A DNA stretch of 64,000 nucleotides from a virus. How positions within the stretch are numbered: position 1 is the stretch's first letter; each line of letters starts with the position of its first letter. The notes under the pieces are model-generated. The model made no database searches. It was not told the DNA's origin and saw only the letters and a list, made by a program, of their open reading frames with translations. Shown here piece by piece: positions 27,332 through 37,259 of the stretch. The DNA lies in the IMG/VR virus record IMGVR_UViG_3300036791_000264, positions 1-64,000 of that record. One strand, given 5' to 3'. A program made the translations under genes and the position numbers.

Positions 27332-30166
27332 GTGCCGCCTGGTGGTGGATACGGCATCGGGCTGTTCGACTCCGAAGGCCCTGAGAACTTCGCGAAGTCA
27401 ATCGGGAAGATCACCGCGGCCCTGACCGGGGTCCAGTCCGGTTTCACTAACTTCGGCAGTGCTGCCAACAAGAGCCTCAGTGGCCTGGGGCAACTCATCG
27501 ACAGCCTGACCAAGAAGCTGGGTGACTTCCAGAAGGCCGCTCAGCAAGCCGGTGGTGCCATGCCCGGTGGTGGAGGCGGCGGTGGTGGTGCTACTGCCGC
27601 TGGCCCTGGAGGGAGTGGTAACACCGGGGCACGGGATGGCTCGTGGACACCACCCAGTTCCAAGGGTAACGCTGGCGGCTTCAACCAGGGTCCGCTCGAT
27701 ACGGGTCAAGGCACGCAACCGGATGGGAGTGCTGCCGCAGCCCAGACGAAGGATATATGGGGTCGCATGCCTGAGCAGACTCCGAAGCCTGACACCCAGA
27801 ACTCCATGGTCAGCCCTGGTAATGACCAGAGCAGTGTGCTGGGTAGAGCAGCCGGCTCCATGATCCCGGCTGCTGCTGGGAAGCTGGCAACTTCTTTGCA
27901 GCAGGGCGCGGCTGGCAATCTGATGGCTTCCGCTATCCAGGGCGCCACCATTGGTCAGATGCTCGCCCCGGCCTATGGGGTGAGTGCCAGGAGCATCTAC
28001 ACCTTCGGTACTGGTACGTGGGCGCAGAACCCCCAGGATGTAGCTCAGTCCAATATGTACGCCGCTTCCTACATGGGTGCTGGCCCTGGTACCACGAACT
28101 GGTCGACCGTTCAGCGTGGTGGCAACGAGATGATGGCGTTGATGCCTGGCGCCACCCGGCAGCAAGCGTTCACCACCATGAACCAGATGCAGCAGCCGGG
28201 GGCGCTCAACGCCGGCCTGATGTTCGGCCTGAACTTCAAGCCTGGTGGGAAAATGATGGACCCCCAACAGCAGTTCGGCATGATTTACCAGAAAATGTTT
28301 GCCAACTACCCAGGTGGCAAACCAACTGCTGATCAGTTCTCGGCGTACATGGCGCCTGGTGGACCGGGTGAGAACAACCTCTCTGCTATGGGCATCACCC
28401 CTGGTAGCGATCAGTACACGGCTTTCATGGCGTATGCCACTACCCGTCTGGGAGTGGCTAACAAGGGCAAGTCCATAACCAATATGGATCTCAGCACGAA
28501 AAAAGGAGTGAAGCAGGCTGGCCTCGACACACCGGCTTTTGCCCAGTTGCAGGCTCAGACCGCCAAGGCTTCGACGTTGTCACAGGCTGAGCCTGGCCTC
28601 GCCGCAGCTTCCAAGAACCTCAACGACGCCGCTGCTGCATTGCTGAAGGCTGTCGGCCCCCTGAGCAGCCTGGGTGGTGGCCTCATCGGCAAGGTGCTGG
28701 GTGGCGGTAGTGGTCTGCTGGGCAGCATTCCTGGCCTGGGCATGATGGGCAGCATCGGTGGTCATCTACCGGGTGTCGGCGGGATCATCAAGAGCATCTT
28801 CCAGCAGGGTGGACAAGTCCCAGGAACCGGCCCCCAGTTGGCTGTCGTCCATGGTGGCGAGTATGTCCTGACCAAGGACGACGTCGACAAGATGCAGGGC
28901 AAGAAGGGCGGTCATGGAGCCGGCGCGGGTGGTGTCCTGGGCAGTGTCAAGGGCTTGACGAAGGGTGGGGACGGTAAGGGTGGTGCTGACACCATTATCG
29001 GGCTGCTCTCGGCCAAGCCTTCTGATAACCCCACCCTTGCCCTGTCTGTGCTGCTGTCACCCGCTCCTCCGGGGTCTCCCCTGGCGGCGCTCACCAAGGG
29101 GGGTGCTGCTCATCAGCTAGGTGCAGGCAAGACCGCGGCTCCTGCCCAAACCGGTGGAAAGGGGAATGCTGGTGTAGGCGGTGTGCCCGGTCAGTGGGTG
29201 GTGAACGGCGCCCTCACTCCCGCCGGCCTCGCAGCCTTGGCGGGAGGAGCGGGACTGATGGGTCAGGCGGCGGCACCGTCGTTGCCAGGAGCCGCCACTG
29301 GGACAGCGGGGGGTCAGCCAGCAACTGGCGCCAGCGCTTGGCAGTACAAGTCGGCTGGCCTGGGGGCGAGCGACTTGTCAGGGATGTTCATGTCGTCGGG
29401 CACGACCAAGAGCCAGTCCTCTGATGGCTCCGGTAGCGGGTCGGGTGGTTCAGGTGGGACCGGCTCTGGTTCGCCCACCAAGCTGAACGGCAGTGGCAAC
29501 GTCGCTCAGGCGTACAACTTCTTCCTTGGCAAGGGCCTGAAGGATTTCCAGTCCGCGGGCATCGTGGGCAACCTGGCCCAGGAGTCAGGCGTTAGTGCGA
29601 CATCGAAGTCACCGGGTGCCTTCGGGGTGGCGCAGTGGACCCCACCGGATGCCCTGTACGCCTGGGCTAAAGCCCAGAACCGTGACCCCAGCAGCCTCGC
29701 CACTCAGTTGGATTTCCTCTGGTACCAGTTGAACTCCAACGAGAAGGGGGCGCTCGTGATGGTTCAGGGATCCACCGATGCCTCCTCAGCCGCGCAGGCT
29801 TTTGAGAAAGGCTATGAGCGGGCTGGGATCCCGGCCATGGAGAACCGCATCAAGTACGCCCAGAACGTGCTGTCCTCCAAGGGTGGCAACTACGCCCGTG
29901 GCACTCAGCTTGTGGCCCGTACCCAGCTTGCCATGCTCCACCGGGGTGAGGCCGTGGTGCCGGCGGCTGACAACTACTCCTCTGCCCCCTACAACAAGGG
30001 TGGCGCCCAGGGCAGCAGCCCTATCGTTCAGATGAACTTCAAGCCAGGCTCGATAGTGCTGCAAGTGCCGGCCAACTCCAACCAGCAGGACATGGACAAC
30101 CTGGCGAAGCAGTTCATCGCCGCGGTGTCCAAGCCTCAGAATCTGGCCTCGGTGAGGAGTTCATAG
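27332..30166 (+). CDS. Tape measure protein with C-terminal tail lysozyme domain
   Basis: 944 aa, Gly/Ala-rich; AGIVGNLAQESG...GVAQWT...QLDFLWYQL...FEKGYER (Phage_lysozyme2-like). Confidence 0.88.
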   Translation: MPPGGGYGIGLFDSEGPENFAKSIGKITAALTGVQSGFTNFGSAANKSLSGLGQLIDSLTKKLGDFQKAAQQAGGAMPGGGGGGGGATAAGPGGSGNTGARDGSWTPPSSKGNAGGFNQGPLDTGQGTQPDGSAAAAQTKDIWGRMPEQTPKPDTQNSMVSPGNDQSSVLGRAAGSMIPAAAGKLATSLQQGAAGNLMASAIQGATIGQMLAPAYGVSARSIYTFGTGTWAQNPQDVAQSNMYAASYMGAGPGTTNWSTVQRGGNEMMALMPGATRQQAFTTMNQMQQPGALNAGLMFGLNFKPGGKMMDPQQQFGMIYQKMFANYPGGKPTADQFSAYMAPGGPGENNLSAMGITPGSDQYTAFMAYATTRLGVANKGKSITNMDLSTKKGVKQAGLDTPAFAQLQAQTAKASTLSQAEPGLAAASKNLNDAAAALLKAVGPLSSLGGGLIGKVLGGGSGLLGSIPGLGMMGSIGGHLPGVGGIIKSIFQQGGQVPGTGPQLAVVHGGEYVLTKDDVDKMQGKKGGHGAGAGGVLGSVKGLTKGGDGKGGADTIIGLLSAKPSDNPTLALSVLLSPAPPGSPLAALTKGGAAHQLGAGKTAAPAQTGGKGNAGVGGVPGQWVVNGALTPAGLAALAGGAGLMGQAAAPSLPGAATGTAGGQPATGASAWQYKSAGLGASDLSGMFMSSGTTKSQSSDGSGSGSGGSGGTGSGSPTKLNGSGNVAQAYNFFLGKGLKDFQSAGIVGNLAQESGVSATSKSPGAFGVAQWTPPDALYAWAKAQNRDPSSLATQLDFLWYQLNSNEKGALVMVQGSTDASSAAQAFEKGYERAGIPAMENRIKYAQNVLSSKGGNYARGTQLVARTQLAMLHRGEAVVPAADNYSSAPYNKGGAQGSSPIVQMNFKPGSIVLQVPANSNQQDMDNLAKQFIAAVSKPQNLASVRSS

Positions 30167-31461
30167 TGGCAGTGACATCGAAGCAGATAGACGACATGGT
30201 GGCCTGGGCGCTCAGCAAGGTGGGCTTGTCGTACTCCGAAGCTCAGGGCAAAAGGTGTGGTCCGGACTCATACGACTGCTCCGGGTTTGTCTACTCAGCC
30301 TGCGTCGCTGCCGGCATCCGGCCCCCTGGTGGGGTTCAGTCAAGCTGCACTGCTACCTTCTCCCAGTGGCCTGACAGGAACTCCAACGGTAACAAGGAAG
30401 TCCAGCCACCCTTTGCCAAGGGAGTCTTGATCTACTTCGACACCGGCAGTGGGGCGCAGCCGGGTCATACAGCCATCTCCCTGGGCGACGGGACGATGGT
30501 GAATGCGTACGACACCCAGGCCGGTGTCATTACCTGCCCTCAAAGCCAGGGCGGGACGCCCATGGGTGGCATCGATCTCACCGGTACTGGTGTCGCCGGC
30601 AAAGATACGACATCCTCCACCCAGGGAACCGGCTCTGGTAATGACTCCACCCAGGGATCTGGCGATCAAAGCACCACAGGTGCGACCTGGCAGCAGGAGG
30701 TGGCTGCTCAGCAGGCCATCGTGGCCGCGCTCCCCGACCCTCGTAACAATCTGCCCTTCTCCAAGTATTTCCAGTCGATGCACATCGATCCCGCCAACCA
30801 GCTTGTGCGAGGTGGGATTGCTGACCTGACTACCAAGCAGTTCCGCTGCTACTTCATGATGAACCCGCAGCAGATCTCGATGGGGTCCAACATCGACACC
30901 AGCAATCTGACCTCCCCCTTGCAACAGGATCCCTCGGTCATGCAGATGGGCAGCTACTGGGTGACTAACCAGACCATCAGCTTCACCATCTACTTCAACC
31001 GCATGTACGAGGTGTGGCAAGGGGGGATCAAGGGGCCGTCCGACATCGGGTGTCGTTGGGACATCCGCGCCTTGGAACGACTCATGGGGATCTTCGACGC
31101 CCAGACCAAGGGCGGCGCCTCAGTCGGTGTGGGTAACTACGGGGCCGGGGGCTACCCGCCCATGACCTATCCGCTCCAGGTGGTCTTCGGTGGGTCCAAC
31201 TCGTATCAGTTCCAGGGCACGATTGCCGGCATGGACTACTACTACACGCTCTTCTCCAAGGACATGATCCCCATCGAGGCTTACGCCGATCTTCAGATCA
31301 TGCGGATCTATCAGCCCAGTATGTCCAGTCCTGATCTGGTGAACGCTACGTACATGACGGCTACGACTGGGAAGCAGTACGCGGTTAACACGATCAAGGC
31401 ATCGAACTTCAACAACGCTCCCTTCAACCTGCCGAAGAAAGGCACGGGGAAGAAGAAGTGA
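30166..31461 (+). CDS. NlpC/P60 peptidase fused to a baseplate tube-initiator-like domain
   Basis: GPDSYDCSGFV...GHTAISLG catalytic Cys/His; C-terminal FMMNPQQI...IYFNR...VVFG. Confidence 0.8.
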   Translation: MAVTSKQIDDMVAWALSKVGLSYSEAQGKRCGPDSYDCSGFVYSACVAAGIRPPGGVQSSCTATFSQWPDRNSNGNKEVQPPFAKGVLIYFDTGSGAQPGHTAISLGDGTMVNAYDTQAGVITCPQSQGGTPMGGIDLTGTGVAGKDTTSSTQGTGSGNDSTQGSGDQSTTGATWQQEVAAQQAIVAALPDPRNNLPFSKYFQSMHIDPANQLVRGGIADLTTKQFRCYFMMNPQQISMGSNIDTSNLTSPLQQDPSVMQMGSYWVTNQTISFTIYFNRMYEVWQGGIKGPSDIGCRWDIRALERLMGIFDAQTKGGASVGVGNYGAGGYPPMTYPLQVVFGGSNSYQFQGTIAGMDYYYTLFSKDMIPIEAYADLQIMRIYQPSMSSPDLVNATYMTATTGKQYAVNTIKASNFNNAPFNLPKKGTGKKK

Positions 31462-31733
31462 TCGTCAACGGTTCGCGCTACATGGGGCAGCCCGTGGTCA
31501 CCGTGCCCCTCAGTACCACGGGTGACAACGCGGTAGCGGTATTCGGCCCTCCTGTAGCCGGTCCCTCCCAGTTCGCCTACTACATAGTGGTGGATGGGGA
31601 CCGCTTCGACACGATCTCTTCCCAGGTGTATGGCCTCCCTGATTATTGGTGGAAGATCGCCAACGCCAACCCTGAGGTGTTCTACCCGGACTACCTCGTC
31701 CCTGGCGCCATCCTCAGGATCCCCACCTCATGA
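31458..31733 (+). CDS. LysM/Tail-X-like baseplate protein
   Basis: YIVVDGDRFDTISSQVYG...WWKIANANP...LVPGAILRIP. Confidence 0.85.
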   Translation: MIVNGSRYMGQPVVTVPLSTTGDNAVAVFGPPVAGPSQFAYYIVVDGDRFDTISSQVYGLPDYWWKIANANPEVFYPDYLVPGAILRIPTS

Positions 31734-32917
31734 CCATTCAGGCCACGGCGTACACGATCTTCGATCCTGGTGGCATCGCGTCCAAGAAGACGGTCAACAC
31801 CGTCAAGGTGATGATGACTGAAGGGATGCATGACACCGCTGTCATCACCTTGCGAGCAGAGCCGTCTGACGCCCCAGAACTTCAGCCAGGCACCCCGGTG
31901 CAGATGCAGTACGGCTGGAATCCTCTCGACACCGACTGGTTCTACGGCTATGTCGATCACATCGAGACCCAATACAATAAATCCCTTCCTGATCAGTCCA
32001 CCTTTGGGGACGTGGTTTGCCTGGGGGCCAGTTACTGCCTCAAGGATCCTTTCGCTGGGGCCTGGGCACATGTACAGGCGTCGGGTCTCGTGCAGCAGAT
32101 GGCGAATACGTATTTCCTAGCTTCGTTGATCGAGAACGACGACTACATCTGGCCGCAGTTATCGAACCCTGGTTCCTCGGCCTGGTCGTTCCTCATCCAG
32201 CTTGCCAACAAGAACGGCTACAGCCTGGCGGTGAACCAGACGCTGCTGCGCTTCCTCTCCATCGACGCTGCCGTGCGCTGCTATGGGCCATCCATGCCCG
32301 TGTTCAAGACTCGTAACACCGCGGCCAGTCTGGCTCAGCAGGGGATCTCGTCCTTTCAGGCCGTGACTGGCGAGACCTTCACCAGTCCGAAATCCAACAA
32401 GGCCACCCGCACCATCGCTGGCCTCGACCTCAGCACAGGCAACATCGTCGGGGCTGTCAATACTGGCACAGAGACCATTCTGGGCCAGGACGTGGTCTAC
32501 CCCTTCTTCACTCAGCAGGTCTCTGATCAGGTGGTCAACTCTCAGGGCACGGCTCAGAATGTGCTGATCGGCATGGCTGAGTACAACCGATTCAACTACC
32601 GCGCTACGGCCACTCTCACTGGTATGACCACGGTCAAGCAGGGCACGCCCATCATTCTCAACGGGATTGATTCCAACAATGACGGGATGTGGTGGGTCAT
32701 GGAGGTCATCCACAAGATCTCGTCGGTGGGTTACTCCATGGATGTCTGCCTGGGCCGTGGCTCTAAGGGTGACAGCGGCATGCGCCCTGTCCAACATCCA
32801 TCTGTGGCCTTCTCGCCCATGAACCCCATGTCCTACGCCGTCAAGAACGCCCCGACCACCAAGCTAGTGAACAATCGCTGGCGCGCCTCCAACCATTTCA
32901 ATGTCAACGTCAGTTAG
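31730..32917 (+). CDS. Baseplate hub protein (gp27/GpD-like)
   Basis: HDTAVI...[10 protein letters not shown]...FYGYV...[15 protein letters not shown]...[11 protein letters not shown]. Confidence 0.75.
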   Translation: MTIQATAYTIFDPGGIASKKTVNTVKVMMTEGMHDTAVITLRAEPSDAPELQPGTPVQMQYGWNPLDTDWFYGYVDHIETQYNKSLPDQSTFGDVVCLGASYCLKDPFAGAWAHVQASGLVQQMANTYFLASLIENDDYIWPQLSNPGSSAWSFLIQLANKNGYSLAVNQTLLRFLSIDAAVRCYGPSMPVFKTRNTAASLAQQGISSFQAVTGETFTSPKSNKATRTIAGLDLSTGNIVGAVNTGTETILGQDVVYPFFTQQVSDQVVNSQGTAQNVLIGMAEYNRFNYRATATLTGMTTVKQGTPIILNGIDSNNDGMWWVMEVIHKISSVGYSMDVCLGRGSKGDSGMRPVQHPSVAFSPMNPMSYAVKNAPTTKLVNNRWRASNHFNVNVS

Positions 32918-34670
32918 CCCCACTACCGGTCAGCTTTACCCTGGCGTCTACCCCGCCAAGGTCTACGCCAACAACGACCCGCAGCACAAGAGCCGGATCC
33001 AGATGTACATCCCCCAGATCTACGGCACCACGCCGGTCAAGGTCTGGGCGCCCCCGGTCTCTCAGGCTGGCAGTGTGCCGGTGATCGGCAGCGTGGTGTG
33101 GTGCCTGTTCCAGGGTGGTGACCCCTCTTACCCCACCTACCTGCCCCAGACGTCGGGAGGAGGCCCAGCCGGTTCCACCGGTCCTACCGGTCCCGCGGGT
33201 CAGCCGGGTATTCAGGGACCAGCGGGGCCGGCAGGACCGACTGGGGCGACAGGAAACGTAGGCCCTGTTGGCCCCACAGGGCCTTCAGGAGGGCCTCCTG
33301 GACCCACAGGGCCAACAGGACCGATGGGTACCCCTGGTACAACAGGGCCTGCTTCCACGGTCCCTGGGCCTACCGGTCCTACTGGTGGGGTTGGGGCCAC
33401 TGGTCCCACTGGACCCTCAGGGCCGGCAGGAGGGCCAACGGGTCCGACAGGCCCTGCCGGTCCACCCGGACTGACCTTCATCTACAGGATCGTTTCTCCC
33501 ACCGTCGCAGGATCGCCCTACACCGTCGCGCACAACCTGAACACCAGCTACCCCCTGGTGGAGCTATGGGACGCCGTCAATGGGCAGATGCTGACGGCCA
33601 ACGTCACTGTGGTCAATGCCAACACCATCAATGTCATCTTCACTCAGAACGCCCCGCATGACGTCGAGGTAGTGGTGACAGGTGGGGCGACTGGGACTAC
33701 CGGCCCCACTGGTCCGACCGGACCCACCGGAGCAGCCTCCACTGTGCCTGGTCCCACAGGGCCTACCGGTTCTACTGGCCCCACTGGTGCGACAGGAACA
33801 GCCGTCACCATCAAAGGCTCGGTGCCCAACGCGGCCAGTCTCCCCACCACTGGCAATCAGCCAGGTGATGGGTGGATCACCGCTGATACCGGACACCTGT
33901 GGGTATGGGACGGGACCAAGTGGGTGGATGCTGGTTTGGTTCAGGGACCAGCCGGCGTCACTGGCCCAACAGGACCGACTGGCGCCACTGGCTCTACCGG
34001 AGCGGCCTCTACCGTGCCGGGTCCAACGGGTCCGACAGGAGCTACAGGAGCGGTCTCCACCACGCCTGGGCCGACTGGTGCCACTGGGCCGACTGGCGCC
34101 TCTGGGCCTACGGGCGCAGCCTCTACCGTGACTGGACCCACCGGTCCTACTGGTCCGAGTGGATCAACTGGTCCCGCTGGCACTGGTCTCGCGTACACAA
34201 CCACGCTCACCGCTCCCACGGTGGCCGGCTCCCCTTACACCGTCACTCACAACCTGGGCGCCTCATACCCGTTGGTTGAACTGTGGGACGCCGCCAATGG
34301 CTCGATGCTTCAGGCCGACATCACGGCGATAAATGCCAACAGCATCACGATCACCTTTCGTCAGAATGCCCCTCACAACGTCACTGTGGTGGTCACTGGC
34401 TCGACTACGGGGAGCGGCCCACCTGGACCCACCGGTCCTACAGGACCGACTGGTGCTGCCGGTTCAGCGGGCGGGGGCACCTTGACCTGGAGCCAGGCCA
34501 CGGCCAGCACCATCTGGACGATCCCTCACAACCTTGGCTACTACCCCAACGTGACGGCGGTGGACTCTGCTGGCACTGAGATCTTTCCTGGCAACGTCAA
34601 ATACACCAGTGCCACCACCGTTGAACTTGACTTCTCGGCTGCCGTGGGCGGCTCGGCGTATCTGAGTTAG
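32901..34670 (+). CDS. Baseplate spike-like protein: gp5/gpV OB domain fused to collagen repeats
   Basis: [25 protein letters not shown]...WA...[19 protein letters not shown] followed by long GPT repeats. Confidence 0.8.
   Translation: MSTSVSPTTGQLYPGVYPAKVYANNDPQHKSRIQMYIPQIYGTTPVKVWAPPVSQAGSVPVIGSVVWCLFQGGDPSYPTYLPQTSGGGPAGSTGPTGPAGQPGIQGPAGPAGPTGATGNVGPVGPTGPSGGPPGPTGPTGPMGTPGTTGPASTVPGPTGPTGGVGATGPTGPSGPAGGPTGPTGPAGPPGLTFIYRIVSPTVAGSPYTVAHNLNTSYPLVELWDAVNGQMLTANVTVVNANTINVIFTQNAPHDVEVVVTGGATGTTGPTGPTGPTGAASTVPGPTGPTGSTGPTGATGTAVTIKGSVPNAASLPTTGNQPGDGWITADTGHLWVWDGTKWVDAGLVQGPAGVTGPTGPTGATGSTGAASTVPGPTGPTGATGAVSTTPGPTGATGPTGASGPTGAASTVTGPTGPTGPSGSTGPAGTGLAYTTTLTAPTVAGSPYTVTHNLGASYPLVELWDAANGSMLQADITAINANSITITFRQNAPHNVTVVVTGSTTGSGPPGPTGPTGPTGAAGSAGGGTLTWSQATASTIWTIPHNLGYYPNVTAVDSAGTEIFPGNVKYTSATTVELDFSAAVGGSAYLS
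33165..34475 (+). repeat. Collagen-type (Gly-Pro-Thr)n coding repeats
   Basis: Several ggn-ccn-acn tracts with synonymous variation, interrupted by globular modules. Confidence 0.85.
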
Positions 34671-34679
34671 GAGCGAACC

Positions 34680-36086
34680 ATGCCCACCTTCTACGGTGCC
34701 GTCGACCTGATCAAGAACGAGCTTCGCAACGCTGTCGTTCAGAACCTGGGATCGGCCCCGGCCTCACCGTTGCCGGGGCAGCTTTACTACGACACCACAT
34801 CGAACACTCTGTTCTGGTGGAACGGCACGGCCTGGCAATCGGCCAAGAGCCTGGCGCTCTCGTCCACGGTCACTACCGCGGCTATTGGTGACGCACCCGT
34901 AGTCGGTGTTGCGAATACAGCTAGTGCAGGCGACCACAAGCACGGCATGCCGGCCTTCTCTACCACCGTCATCGCGGAGACAACGTACGGCCTGGGGTCA
35001 GGGGTCGGTAGCGCGGCCACGTTGCCTCACGGTGATCACACTCACGGCACGCCGGCATTGACCGCCAACGCCCCTGTGATCCAAGCCATTTCCGACGTGG
35101 CAACGGTGGGTGTTTCGACCTTCCCGGCGCGTGATGACCACCGGCATGGAATGCCGGCGTTTGGAGCGCCCACGGCTCAGGCCGCGTTCGGTCTGGCGAC
35201 GGCTACTGGTAGCGCGGTCACGGTCCCGCACTCTGACCACGCGCACGGCACTCCTGCTTTGCCCGCGGTGAACGCCCTGGCGACCACGTCGGGTGCGCTC
35301 AACATGAACTCGTTCCAGATCAATGCTCTGGCTGATCCCACCAACCCCCAGGACGCCGCCACCAAGAACTACGTCGACAATGCCATCGCCGGCTTGTCCT
35401 GGAAGGAAGCAGCGAGAGCCGCCACCACGGTCAACATCACCCTGTCGGGCACCCAGACCGTTGACGGCATCGCCCTGAACGTGGGTGACCGGGTGCTGGT
35501 CAAGAACCAGGCCACGGCATCGGCCAATGGCCTCTACCTCGTGGCCGCAGCGGCTTGGACCCGGACCACCGACGCTACAACCGGCGCACAACTCGCTGGC
35601 ATGGCGGTGTTCATCGAGCAGGGCACCACTAACGGCACCACGTCGTGGACCCTCTCCACACCGCCACCGATCACGGTCGGTACCACCAACCTGACCTACT
35701 CCCAGTTCGGGGCCAATAGCACCTACACGGCTGGCAATGGTCTGCAACTCACTGGCAACGTCTTCTCGGCCCTGAATGCTGACACCAGCATCACCGTGAC
35801 GGCGGGTGGGATCGCGGTCAACACCGCGGTCATCGCCACCCAGGCATACGTCAATACTGCTGTCACCGGGGTCACGAAGAAGTACGCCACCACCCTGGCG
35901 GGTACGGCCTCGCCTGAAACGATCACCCACAACCTGAACACGAGGGATATAGAGGTGGCTGTCATCAACGGCAACTCGCCATACGGCACAGTCCAGGTGG
36001 ACTGGCAAGCAGTCACGGTCAACACCGTCAGCATCATCTACAACCCGGCCCTGGGCGCCGGCTACCGAGTGGTGGTGATCGGATAA
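34680..36086 (+). CDS. Tail fibre protein
   Basis: Four DHxHG repeats, ADPTNPQDAATKNYVD and DGIALNVGDRVLVKNQ...NGLY fibre modules. Confidence 0.8.
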   Translation: MPTFYGAVDLIKNELRNAVVQNLGSAPASPLPGQLYYDTTSNTLFWWNGTAWQSAKSLALSSTVTTAAIGDAPVVGVANTASAGDHKHGMPAFSTTVIAETTYGLGSGVGSAATLPHGDHTHGTPALTANAPVIQAISDVATVGVSTFPARDDHRHGMPAFGAPTAQAAFGLATATGSAVTVPHSDHAHGTPALPAVNALATTSGALNMNSFQINALADPTNPQDAATKNYVDNAIAGLSWKEAARAATTVNITLSGTQTVDGIALNVGDRVLVKNQATASANGLYLVAAAAWTRTTDATTGAQLAGMAVFIEQGTTNGTTSWTLSTPPPITVGTTNLTYSQFGANSTYTAGNGLQLTGNVFSALNADTSITVTAGGIAVNTAVIATQAYVNTAVTGVTKKYATTLAGTASPETITHNLNTRDIEVAVINGNSPYGTVQVDWQAVTVNTVSIIYNPALGAGYRVVVIG

Positions 36087-37259
36087 ATGCCTCGCACCTA
36101 TGGCACCACCAATATCGCCCCCTACGCGGCTGCCCCGGCGGTAGGCCCAGCCGGGGACACCTACTACAACACGGGCAACAAGGCCCTCTACATCTCGGAC
36201 GGTGCAGCCTGGAACCCCATCCAGGGTGGAGGGGGAGGAGCGCCCTATGCTCCGGTCACCGGTACCGCCCCGCCCCCCAGCACTCCCACCGTCACACCTC
36301 CCACTGGTCTGCTCTGGGTGGACACGTCCACCACGCCCTCCTGGACGCCGTCTGCCGGCCCTGGTGTCCCTCCTGGTGGCACCACCGGCCAGTACCTCCA
36401 GAAGAGGTCGAACACCGACTACGACACCCTGTGGTCAGGTGCTTCCCGCCTCATCTTCTACCAGACGCTCACGGCTCCCACCGCGGCCTCTTCGCCCTAC
36501 CCCGTCACCCACAACCTGGGCACGCAGTACGTCCAGGTGCAGTTGTGGGACGCGGTGACCGGTCTGCTGGTGGGCGCTCAGGTGCAGGTAGTCAACGTCA
36601 ACACCATTCAGATCGCCGTCGCCCAGAACATGCCCAACAATGTCAACGTGGTGGTCATAGGGGCGGCGAACCTCGCGCCTCCGGTGAACCCACCGGACAT
36701 CGCCAGCAAAAGCTATGTCGATGCGCGTACCCCTAACCTGCCGCCTTCGATCACGTCTGGGTCAGGAGTACAGAGCTTTACCGACGTGCTGGGCACCGTG
36801 TGGGTGGCTGCCAACGGTGTGAATGGTGGCGCTTGGAAACAAGCCAGGGATGTTCTGTATAGCAAGTGGTTCCGTAGTTCTGCTCTTACCATGGCAGCAG
36901 CAGGCGGTCTCGTACCACTTGATACATCGGTCAGAGACCAATACGCTCTCTATTTGTCCGCGAACTCAGGCTGGACTATCCCGGTTAGTGGTCTTTGGCA
37001 GTTCACATTCTCTCTGGGTGCTGTTTCTACTGCTGCTGGTCAAGCCTACAACTGTCGGCTGTACCAGAACAGTGGAGTTATAACCGTCTATACTTCACAA
37101 AGTGGACTAGCGGGAAACTTGTCTGCCATTTCTGTTCTTGAGCAGTTCTGTTCTGTTGGTGATCTTGTTCAGACTTATGCTGTTTCCGCTAACGCGCTTG
37201 CGGTCATAACTGGTCAGGTTTGGACTTATGGTGTTGCACAATACGTAGGGACGGGCTGA
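36087..37259 (+). CDS. Tail fibre / receptor-binding protein 1 (C1q-like tip)
   Basis: PPGGTTGQYLQKRSNTDYDT, THNL module, SFTD...WKQARDV module, beta-sandwich ending YVGTG. Confidence 0.75.
   Translation: MPRTYGTTNIAPYAAAPAVGPAGDTYYNTGNKALYISDGAAWNPIQGGGGGAPYAPVTGTAPPPSTPTVTPPTGLLWVDTSTTPSWTPSAGPGVPPGGTTGQYLQKRSNTDYDTLWSGASRLIFYQTLTAPTAASSPYPVTHNLGTQYVQVQLWDAVTGLLVGAQVQVVNVNTIQIAVAQNMPNNVNVVVIGAANLAPPVNPPDIASKSYVDARTPNLPPSITSGSGVQSFTDVLGTVWVAANGVNGGAWKQARDVLYSKWFRSSALTMAAAGGLVPLDTSVRDQYALYLSANSGWTIPVSGLWQFTFSLGAVSTAAGQAYNCRLYQNSGVITVYTSQSGLAGNLSAISVLEQFCSVGDLVQTYAVSANALAVITGQVWTYGVAQYVGTG

Noticed and set aside
33165-34475. CRISPR-like or tandem DNA repeat array
   Set aside because: The repeats are 9-nt-period collagen codons with synonymous variation, not identical repeats with unique spacers.
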